The notes beneath the pieces are model-generated. The model was not told where the DNA came from, did no database searches, and saw nothing but the letters and a program-made list of their open reading frames with translations. Position numbers and translations under genes: made by a program. From Candidatus Hadarchaeales archaeon (GTDB lineage Archaea; Hadarchaeota; Hadarchaeia; Hadarchaeales; Hadarchaeaceae), in the NCBI GenBank assembly GCA_038823825.1, contig JAWBCC010000001.1, positions 180,001 to 212,000 of the forward strand: a stretch of 32,000 nucleotides of DNA, written 5' to 3'. Each line of letters opens with the position of its first letter. Positions within the stretch are counted from its first letter, which is position 1. Below are positions 15,872 through 23,393 of this stretch, in pieces.

Positions 15872-16879
15872 CTATTTCGCCCCAACGCACCCATAGGTTT
15901 TTTCATACCAGTTTATGAATTTTCGAAGCCCATCCCCTAAAGAGACCTTCGGTCTGAATCCAAGCGATTTAAGTTTGGAGATATCTGCAAGAGTCACCGG
16001 AACATCGCCGGGCCAAGATTTACCGGTATACCTAATTTTCGTCTTTCCAGCAAGCCCAGTAATCTTCAAGATTTCCTCCACGATCTCGCTCACCGAGAAA
16101 TTTCTCCCGTATCCGACGTTGTAAGCCTCGCCCTTCAGTCTCCCCTTCTCGATTATAAGCATTGTCGCATCAACCGCATCGCTTATGTAAAGATAGTCCT
16201 TTGTCTGTTTTCCGTCTCCAAGAACCTCGAGTTCCCTCCAGTTTTTTCTCAGTTTTTCGAGCAGATCAAACATGACCCCACGCCGGGATCTCGGACCGTA
16301 AATATTGTAATATCTTAGGTTTGCTGTTTTGATGTCATAGAGCGCAGAGTAAGATGCGCAGAAAGCTTCTGCAGCCGCTTTTGAGGCCCCATAATTAGAG
16401 ATCGGTAAAATAGGCTGGTTTTCATCAGTCGGCAGAACCTCTGTAACACCGTAGACCGTCGATGAGCTTGCAAAAATCACGACTCCAACATCAAGCTTCC
16501 TAGCACATTCGAGAACGTTCAGGGTCCCCCTGACATTAACCTCAAAATCCTCAAGCGGATTCTCAGCTGATTTAGGAACGCTTGATTGTGCGGCAAAGTG
16601 AAGCACGCCTTCGACTTCCTTCATGCTTCTTTGCAAGTCAGCGATTTTCCTGATATCTCCCTTTACAAGATGAAACTCTTTTTTCTTCACCAAATTTTCC
16701 AAGTTCTCCATGAAGCCACATGAGAAATTGTCGATCCCCACAACCTTCACACCATCGGAGATGAATCTTTCGGCGAGATGGCTTCCCATGAACCCAGCCA
16801 CGCCAGTTACAAGAACCCTGCTTATCTTTTTCAATTTCTCACTACTGTCATATTCACGTGGAATATTAAGAGGTTTCAC
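15872..16879 (-). CDS. Extended-SDR NAD-dependent nucleotide-sugar epimerase/dehydratase
   Basis: VLVTGVAGFMGSHL Rossmann motif and YGASKAAAE (YxxxK). 335 aa with a GTG start. It overlaps the upstream stop by 14 nt. Confidence 0.8.
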   Translation of the reverse strand: MKPLNIPREYDSSEKLKKISRVLVTGVAGFMGSHLAERFISDGVKVVGIDNFSCGFMENLENLVKKKEFHLVKGDIRKIADLQRSMKEVEGVLHFAAQSSVPKSAENPLEDFEVNVRGTLNVLECARKLDVGVVIFASSSTVYGVTEVLPTDENQPILPISNYGASKAAAEAFCASYSALYDIKTANLRYYNIYGPRSRRGVMFDLLEKLRKNWRELEVLGDGKQTKDYLYISDAVDATMLIIEKGRLKGEAYNVGYGRNFSVSEIVEEILKITGLAGKTKIRYTGKSWPGDVPVTLADISKLKSLGFRPKVSLGDGLRKFINWYEKTYGCVGAK

Positions 16880-17651
16880 ATCCCTCCGCTATTTTTTCCA
16901 AGTTTCTAACCCTCCCCAGCAGAGTCCCATCCAAGAGGTAAACTTCAGCCTCTAGAACGTTCGCCGCCCCACTTTTGAACATCGGACCTATGAACTCCTC
17001 AGACATCTTTCTGTTCACAGGAGCTCCCCCAACCATTTCTCCAAAGGCAGGCATGACAATCAACTTTGGACATTTTTTCCCCACTCTGAGTTCTTTCGGT
17101 AATTTTGACCGTTCGAGCTCGACCTTTAGCCACACCGGCTCCACTATCCTTCCACCATATTTGTCTCTGATCTCAACCGCTGGATGTGTGTGACCCATCA
17201 CCAGAACTTTACACCCCATAACATCGGGTGATGGCCATGCATGCCCATGTAGCAGACCAACAGAATTCCCGAGCTTTATTCCTCTGACATCGTGCAGCAC
17301 AACCCCTCTTGGGACCATTCCTTCTATGTCTCCATCATGATTACCTGGAACGATTTCTACATTCGCATACTTCATGAGCTCCTCGAGTAGTGCTGGAAGC
17401 TCCCTCCATTCCTGCCAACTAGCAACCGGAATTCCATGCTTCACATCTCCCAAGAGAATAATCCTGTCAGGTTTGAATCTCTCAACAAGGCTCAAAAGCC
17501 TCTTTTTGACCTTCGGTGTCTGGCTTGGAAGAGAAATCCCGCTTTCGGCTAGCTCCCCCTCTACTCCAAGATGCAAATCTGCCACAACCAAGATTTTCTG
17601 CCCACCAGCTCTCACTATCAACGCTGGCTCTCCAGGAATCAATTTTATCAA
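16866..17651 (-). CDS. Calcineurin-like metallophosphoesterase (archaeal SbcD/Mre11-related, PdeM-like)
   Basis: All five phosphoesterase motifs are present: VVADLHLG, LLGDVKHG, VPGNHD, LLHGH and VMGHTHP. TTG start. It overlaps the hjc-like stop (TTGA at 17648-17651). Confidence 0.75.
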   Translation of the reverse strand: MIKLIPGEPALIVRAGGQKILVVADLHLGVEGELAESGISLPSQTPKVKKRLLSLVERFKPDRIILLGDVKHGIPVASWQEWRELPALLEELMKYANVEIVPGNHDGDIEGMVPRGVVLHDVRGIKLGNSVGLLHGHAWPSPDVMGCKVLVMGHTHPAVEIRDKYGGRIVEPVWLKVELERSKLPKELRVGKKCPKLIVMPAFGEMVGGAPVNRKMSEEFIGPMFKSGAANVLEAEVYLLDGTLLGRVRNLEKIAEGCETS

Positions 17652-18049
17652 TCGCTTTCCTCCTCGAGAATTTCTCTCAGCGGTCTCCCGACATCTGGAT
17701 CAATTCTATAATACATCCTACTTTTTGGAAGTCTTTTGATTTCCTTTGTTTTCAGCGCTAGAACGGGGGTTCTTCGGAACCCAAAACAAACAATGGCTTC
17801 CGCTTCCATCTCCTTCGCTTTCTTCTCAAGCATACGGATCTCATCCTTAGCCACGTAAATCGGTACCAACCTAGAAGTTTTTTTACAGCTCACCAAATAT
17901 CTCAGTTTTCCTTTTTTGTAGATCTTCAGATCGATTCCGAGAGAGCTTCCGGCTCTATCCCATTCAAATCCAAACTCTTCGAAGAGATATGCCACCCGAT
18001 ATTCAAAATTCGTCCCTCTCTTTTTCTGCGAGACCACGGCAGTCCCCAA
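17648..18049 (-). CDS. hjc: Hjc-like PD-(D/E)XK nuclease (archaeal Holliday-junction-resolvase family, variant active site)
   Basis: Hand alignment to remembered P. furiosus Hjc: KRGTNFEYR / RKGAQAERE, FGFEWDRAGSS.GIDL / HGFAVVRSAGSKKVDL, YLVSCKK / YLCIEVK, IYV..DEI..L..A. The start may be GTG 18037 rather than TTG 18049. Confidence 0.65.
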   Translation of the reverse strand: MGTAVVSQKKRGTNFEYRVAYLFEEFGFEWDRAGSSLGIDLKIYKKGKLRYLVSCKKTSRLVPIYVAKDEIRMLEKKAKEMEAEAIVCFGFRRTPVLALKTKEIKRLPKSRMYYRIDPDVGRPLREILEEESD

Positions 18050-18090
18050 GCTTTATTTTTGTGGCTGAAGAATTAAAAATACGAAAATCG
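18050..18090. promoter_or_regulatory. Putative bidirectional promoter region (hjc-like <-> rimI) with two interleaved TATA-like boxes
   Basis: The 41-nt divergent spacer contains CTTTATTTTT (18051-18060, + strand, ~31-40 nt before the rimI ATG at 18091). It also contains TATTTTTAATT (reverse strand of ~18070-18080, ~25-30 nt before the hjc start). The short distances imply leaderless or very short-leader mRNAs. This rests on sequence pattern only. Confidence 0.4.
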
Positions 18091-18561
18091 ATGTCCGAGC
18101 TTCCTAGTCTCGTGATTAGAGAAGCAAAAAAGGAAGATCTCAAGAAGGTTTTTGAGATAGAGCTCAAGTGTTTTCCAGACCCCTACCCTATAGACCTTTT
18201 AAAGAAGCTTCTTTCAACATATCCTGAGACTTTCCTCGTCGCCGAATTCGAAGGGAGGATCGTCGGTTATATAATAGCAGGGATCAGATGGCTCTCTATC
18301 GGCCACATTCTCGCAATCGCTGTAGATCCAGATTACAGAAACAGAGGAATCGGCTCAGCCCTCATGAAAGAGATTTTCCGTCGTTTCCGAAAGCATGGCG
18401 TGACCTTGGTTAGACTTGAAGTGAGGAAAAGCAATGTCACTGCCATCAAATTTTACCGCACTCTAGGTTTCGTCGAAAGGTTCGAGGTCCCGTTCTATTA
18501 CGCTGACGGGGAAAGCGCAATCACCATGGAGCGCGATCTTTCCCCAACCCCTGCTTCTTGA
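18091..18561 (+). CDS. rimI: N-terminal acetyltransferase, RimI/Ard1-type GNAT
   Basis: Start at ATG 18091 ([17 protein letters not shown]). The acetyl-CoA motif is [18 protein letters not shown], followed by [19 protein letters not shown]. The track ORF's 34-aa N-terminal extension runs into the hjc gene and was discarded. Confidence 0.8.
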   Translation: MSELPSLVIREAKKEDLKKVFEIELKCFPDPYPIDLLKKLLSTYPETFLVAEFEGRIVGYIIAGIRWLSIGHILAIAVDPDYRNRGIGSALMKEIFRRFRKHGVTLVRLEVRKSNVTAIKFYRTLGFVERFEVPFYYADGESAITMERDLSPTPAS

Positions 18562-19723
18562 AATCCTCCAGTGTAAGGATCTCGACATTCGCCGGAGGTT
18601 TAGAAACAGTTGATGTAAGCCCCACGATATGCTTTATGCCTTTTGCGGCTGCCAGGTCTGTCATCTCCTGCGTGATTATGCCGTCGAAAACCACTGCCAT
18701 CACACCACTTGAGTTCTTTATCTCCTCTTTGATATTCGCAACAGGTACTTCTTTGATGGGCTCCAGACCGTAGTTGAAGAGAACCCCCTGCAAAGTTCCC
18801 CTAAGTCTGTTCATAGTGTCCATAAGTTTCTGGAGAATGTCTTTTTTCGGGGGAAGAATCTTGTGAATGATCGCCGAAACCGGTTTCTTATCCTTAAGCG
18901 CCTTGATGATTTCTTTTCTTGTAAGTTCTTCGACGCTTCTTCCCGGCGGTGGCCTAGCAACATAATCAACCCTTGCAACCTGTAAAAGTTCGCGCAGGAT
19001 TAGATCGCCTCCTCTATCGCTGTCAACAAAAGCCGTAACGGTCTTGTTCTTTGTGAGTTCGACAATTTCCGGCGGTACGCTAGTTCCGTTAACGGCTATG
19101 ACATTCCTTATCCCAGCTCTGAGCAGGTTGAGAACATCCGCTCTGCCCTCAACAATGATTATGGCATCCGAGGTCTCGACCTCTGGTCCGGCCGGCAACC
19201 CACGGTATTCAACTATTTCTCCGGTTTTGATCGTATCCTTCACATGCTCGGTTATCTCCTGTGCTTCTGGAAGCTCCTCCTCGAGCTTCTTCAGAATTTC
19301 CTTCGCCCTATCCAGAATGTACTTTCTTTTTGTGTCTCTCACATCTTGGATTTTTTCAACCTTTATCTTGGCCTCGCAAGGTCCAATTCTTTCAATAGTC
19401 TCTAACGCAGCCGCTATGATTGCGGTTTCATACCTATCCAAGCTCGAAGGAATCATTATAGTTCCTTTCGTCTTCCCCCCTTCAGTCTGCAGATCAACTT
19501 TAATTCTCCCAATTCTCCCAGTTTTTAAAAGCTCCCGGAGATCGAGTTCATCTCCCAACAGCCCTTCAGTCTGCCCAAAGACAGCTCCGACAACATCTGG
19601 TCTATCCACTACCCCATTCGCTTCCAGCGATGCATAAATCATATATTTCACGGTTGGGATGAGACTCTCTTCTTTCACTTCCCTAACTTCCGCTGAGTTT
19701 TGCTTCTCGTTCACACGATGCAC
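18521..19723 (-). CDS. dnaG: Archaeal DnaG-type primase / exosome-associated Toprim protein
   Basis: [49 protein letters not shown] matches the conserved archaeal DnaG N-terminus. The Toprim region reads [26 protein letters not shown] ... [14 protein letters not shown] start at 19723, or possibly GTG 19714. Confidence 0.85.
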   Translation of the reverse strand: MHRVNEKQNSAEVREVKEESLIPTVKYMIYASLEANGVVDRPDVVGAVFGQTEGLLGDELDLRELLKTGRIGRIKVDLQTEGGKTKGTIMIPSSLDRYETAIIAAALETIERIGPCEAKIKVEKIQDVRDTKRKYILDRAKEILKKLEEELPEAQEITEHVKDTIKTGEIVEYRGLPAGPEVETSDAIIIVEGRADVLNLLRAGIRNVIAVNGTSVPPEIVELTKNKTVTAFVDSDRGGDLILRELLQVARVDYVARPPPGRSVEELTRKEIIKALKDKKPVSAIIHKILPPKKDILQKLMDTMNRLRGTLQGVLFNYGLEPIKEVPVANIKEEIKNSSGVMAVVFDGIITQEMTDLAAAKGIKHIVGLTSTVSKPPANVEILTLEDFKKQGLGKDRAPW

Positions 19724-19846
19724 CTTCTTTTACAGCCAGAAGTGAGTGAGCTTGATATCTGGCTTTCTAAGTATAGTAGAACTCTCGAACTTTTAAAAGG
19801 TACGGTTTGCTTACCGGACATCCTGTTTGCAAAAGCTACCAGAGAC

Positions 19847-20485
19847 TCAAATTTTTAAAACTTTTTCTTTTCTTCTGCGCAAGATGTAAGCCGGAATATC
19901 CCAAATCATCCTTGCCTTTTCGATGACCACACGATCGCTGCTCGCTGTAACCTCTGCTCTCGCCACTTTACTGTCGACCCCTTTCTCCGCTCTAGCCTCT
20001 CCACGAATTCCACTTTCTTCCAGCCTTTCTTTCACGAAACGTGCTAACTCACCACTTCTGCTCACTTGGGCGTCAAAGAGTACGGTTACCCTCTTAGGTT
20101 TAGTTTTTGAAATCGCTTTGACGATTTCATCCACTGCTTCTGCACTCTTCTCACCAAATCGATACTTTCCGAAAACCCCTCTGAGATCTCTAACAATTCC
20201 ATCCTCACACATTATCACAGGTTCACCTCTCAGAATAGCTTCTACTGTTATTAGCACATTGTATCCATCGACAGCTAGCCATCTTTTCCTTACTTCCCTG
20301 ATCCCGACGATCTTCTCCCTATGTTTCCTCGCCTCCTCCTTGGAAAAAACACACCTAGCCAAAAGGTGTCTTTCCCATTCATTTAACCTGAAATGATTTG
20401 CTACAAACGTGACCGCGGATTCTCTCCGGTAGCCCCTGTCAAGCAGATATCTCAAATCCCTGGCAGCTTCGACCAGCTTCTCCAT
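19847..20485 (-). CDS. Conserved archaeal protein: DUF434-like N-terminal domain plus YacP/NYN (PIN-like) putative RNase domain
   Basis: The N-terminus LRYLLDRGYRRESAVTFVANHFRL matches my recollection of DUF434. WLAVDGYNVLIT ... VTVLFDAQVSRSG ... TASSDRVVIE fits the YacP-type NYN pattern (DGYN...FD...D). Confidence 0.5.
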   Translation of the reverse strand: MEKLVEAARDLRYLLDRGYRRESAVTFVANHFRLNEWERHLLARCVFSKEEARKHREKIVGIREVRKRWLAVDGYNVLITVEAILRGEPVIMCEDGIVRDLRGVFGKYRFGEKSAEAVDEIVKAISKTKPKRVTVLFDAQVSRSGELARFVKERLEESGIRGEARAEKGVDSKVARAEVTASSDRVVIEKARMIWDIPAYILRRRKEKVLKI

Positions 20486-20490
20486 TCTTT

Positions 20491-23358
20491 TTACTCCACG
20501 TATACAGCCGGTCTCAGGGGCAGACTCCTCTTCGCCCTCCCGGCTGGATCATACTTCTCCTCATCGCTTTCCCTGAAAACACGAACTTCTCTTGCTCCGA
20601 CCTGACCCGCGATGTATCTGATGGCATCACTCAGGATATCAAATTCGTTAACTCCTTTCCTAATAGCTTCTATCTCTTCTGGAGAAGCCTTTCTCACCTC
20701 TGCGATCATCGTCTGCAAAATCTTCGCCAGCTCTTTTTCGGTCATATCTTCTGCAAATCTCCTCGCCTCTGTCAGAAGAGCGTCAAAGTCTATCTTCCCT
20801 TTTTTCATCTGTTCTAGAGCCATCCTGCAGACTTTCCATTTCCATTCCTCCGCTACGTAAATGCAAACGATATCCGGCGTTTCTTTTCCGATGACTTTCT
20901 TGATCTCTGAGATGTCCTCAACGATCTCGTCAACGAAAGCTTCGGCAAACTCAACCTCAAGGTTTCTCACTTCCACACTCGGCCAATTTGCAAGAGAGAC
21001 AAACCCATCCTTACCCATCATTTTCCATATCTCCTCACAGACGTGCGGAATGAATGGTGCGAGCATTCTAATCCAGACATCCAGAACATCCCTAAGCACC
21101 TTGCCCTTAGCAGAACTTGTAGATCTTTCCAGATATCTTCTCACATCCTGCATCATCATGTAAAACGCATGCTGTGCGGCTTTCCTCGTTTCAAAAGCCT
21201 CAAGTGCGGCAGTCGTTTCTCCAAGATGGAAGTTCATCCTGCTCAAAATCCATTGCTCTGCTCGTCCGGTTTCTCCATCCTCCACAGGGATTGAAAGAAT
21301 CTCATCTACAAGTGACGCAAATCTTCTGAGATTAGAATGTGTCGCCTTCACCTCTTCGCTTCTCCAGTCTAAATCCTGCCAAGGCTCCGCCACCGCCAGC
21401 AGGTGAAGTCTCACAGTGTCCGCTCCGAATTCCTTCACGGCCTCAGATATCGCCACTATGTTCCCCTTAGAAGAAGACATTTTCTGACCCTCGAGTATAA
21501 CCATTCCAAAGCTTACGATTCCTCTCGGACAAGCATCGGGGAAGAGCAGTGCGTGGTGAAATATGTGAAAGGTAAGATGGTTTGGTATAAGCTCATCTGC
21601 CGACATTCTGTAGTCGAGAGGATACCAGTATGTAAACTCCTTCCTCATCTTCTCTAACTTTTCCCTTTCAATCCCGCTCTTTCTTGCGATTTCCGTTATG
21701 TCACCTTTTCCGTAAAATACGTAGTCAAAAACCTCATCATTGAGTTTCTCTGCATCTATTGTTTTGAGTATGTGTGAGATTGTGTAATATGCCATATATA
21801 TCGTTGAATCACTCAGGGATTCTATTATCCAGCTAGGATCCCACGGGGCCGGAGTTCCCATTCCAATCTTCCTAGTGCAAGGCCACTCCTTCAGCCACTC
21901 AATCGTATATTCAAACTGTGTTCTCGTCTCCGGCGGGACGAGATGCATCATGGAGAGACATTTCCTCGCCATTTTTTTCCAATCTTCTCGCCCATAATCA
22001 ATGAACCACTGATCTTCAACGATTTTTATGGTGACTCCGGTTCCACATCTGCAGGTGACGGGCTTCTCCGCGAATTCATACATAATCGCTCCATCTCCAG
22101 ACTTTATCAAATCCTCTTTGACCGCGACTTTGGCCTCTGAGACCTTCATCCCTCCGTATTTTGGAATCCAGCTTCTCATAGTTCCCTTAAGAAATTCCGC
22201 TCGGTAGACCTCCTTCGTAGCCTCCTCCAGTCTTGGGTCAGTTTGATCCGAGATTCCCATTTTTCGCACGACATCGACAGCCGGAAACTCCCCATAACCC
22301 TCCACCTCAATCAGACCAATTGGTGAAAGCTTCTCAACCAAGTCTTTGCCGATACCCCATCTCGAGAGATCGGATGATTTCAAGTTTTCCAAGGCAACGT
22401 AATCGTAAGGCGCATGTGCAGGAACGGACCCGACCACTCCTGTGACGTTATCCGGATCAACGAACGTTGCTGGTAGTATCGGCACTTTTTTCTTTGTGAT
22501 AGGCACTTCTACCAGAGCCCCGAATTTGATCTCGAATGGTTCTAGCTCCCCTACTCTGTATCCCTGCATCCTCAGCTTATCGACGGCTTGTTTACTTACC
22601 ACCCACTTCTCATCATCAACGGAAACCACCACATATTCGCTGTTTGGATTCAGCCAAATGTTTGTCAACCCAAAAAGAGTCTCAGGTCTGAGTGTTGCAG
22701 CTGGGAAAACTAGGTCTCCCATTCTGTACTTTATGATCGTGAACTCTAGCACCTCCACACCTTCTCCCTCTAGCAGGTCATGATCTGTAACGGGGTTTCC
22801 GCAGTTCGTACACCATCTAACAGGATGTCTGCCCTTCACAATCAGTCCGGCATCCCAGAGTTTGTGGTACTGCCACGTCACAAACTTCTTGTAGTGCGGA
22901 TCTATCGTTCTGAATTCTCTCCTCCAATCAATCGAATACCCAAGCTTCTCCATACCTTTTCTGTAACTCATTTCACTCTCCTTCGCGAAGAAGTTCCCGT
23001 AGAACTCCGGATTTTCAAACTTTGGAAGCATTTCCCTTGGCACCCCATATCTCTCGGTCAGGACCCTCACGAGTGTTGGGTCTCTCCTTGCAACTCTCCT
23101 CGCAGCCCCCACAATTGGAGTCCCTGTGAAGTGATACGCCATGGGAAAGAGAACGTTATATCCGCGCATTCTCTTGTAGCGTGCAATGACGTCGGGAACG
23201 GTGTAAGTCCTACCGTGTCCGATGTGCATGGGACCGGAGACGTAAGGATATGCAACAGTCAAGTAAAACTTGGGCCTCTCATCTGGCTCTGCTTCAAATA
23301 TCTTTCTCTCTTCCCAGATCTTCTGCCATTCTTCGCAAATTTCCCTGAAATCGCGCAT
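20491..23358 (-). CDS. leuS: Leucyl-tRNA synthetase (archaeal type)
   Basis: 955 aa. The class I HIGH motif is present (YVSGPMHIGHGRTY) and the KMSKS variant is QKMSSSKGN. An editing-domain-sized insertion is present. GGAGG lies 8 nt upstream of the ATG. Confidence 0.9.
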   Translation of the reverse strand: MRDFREICEEWQKIWEERKIFEAEPDERPKFYLTVAYPYVSGPMHIGHGRTYTVPDVIARYKRMRGYNVLFPMAYHFTGTPIVGAARRVARRDPTLVRVLTERYGVPREMLPKFENPEFYGNFFAKESEMSYRKGMEKLGYSIDWRREFRTIDPHYKKFVTWQYHKLWDAGLIVKGRHPVRWCTNCGNPVTDHDLLEGEGVEVLEFTIIKYRMGDLVFPAATLRPETLFGLTNIWLNPNSEYVVVSVDDEKWVVSKQAVDKLRMQGYRVGELEPFEIKFGALVEVPITKKKVPILPATFVDPDNVTGVVGSVPAHAPYDYVALENLKSSDLSRWGIGKDLVEKLSPIGLIEVEGYGEFPAVDVVRKMGISDQTDPRLEEATKEVYRAEFLKGTMRSWIPKYGGMKVSEAKVAVKEDLIKSGDGAIMYEFAEKPVTCRCGTGVTIKIVEDQWFIDYGREDWKKMARKCLSMMHLVPPETRTQFEYTIEWLKEWPCTRKIGMGTPAPWDPSWIIESLSDSTIYMAYYTISHILKTIDAEKLNDEVFDYVFYGKGDITEIARKSGIEREKLEKMRKEFTYWYPLDYRMSADELIPNHLTFHIFHHALLFPDACPRGIVSFGMVILEGQKMSSSKGNIVAISEAVKEFGADTVRLHLLAVAEPWQDLDWRSEEVKATHSNLRRFASLVDEILSIPVEDGETGRAEQWILSRMNFHLGETTAALEAFETRKAAQHAFYMMMQDVRRYLERSTSSAKGKVLRDVLDVWIRMLAPFIPHVCEEIWKMMGKDGFVSLANWPSVEVRNLEVEFAEAFVDEIVEDISEIKKVIGKETPDIVCIYVAEEWKWKVCRMALEQMKKGKIDFDALLTEARRFAEDMTEKELAKILQTMIAEVRKASPEEIEAIRKGVNEFDILSDAIRYIAGQVGAREVRVFRESDEEKYDPAGRAKRSLPLRPAVYVE

Positions 23359-23393
23359 CTAAAAACCTCCATCATCCAGCTTTTTAATTCGTT

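Noticed and set aside
19734-19764. Inverted repeat AGCCAGA-N17-TCTGGCT in the dnaG upstream region, considered as a regulatory hairpin or small RNA.
   Set aside because: The stem is only 7 bp with a large loop, which is weak thermodynamically and easily a chance occurrence. No C/D-box (UGAUGA/CUGA) or other ncRNA signature is present in the 123-nt spacer.
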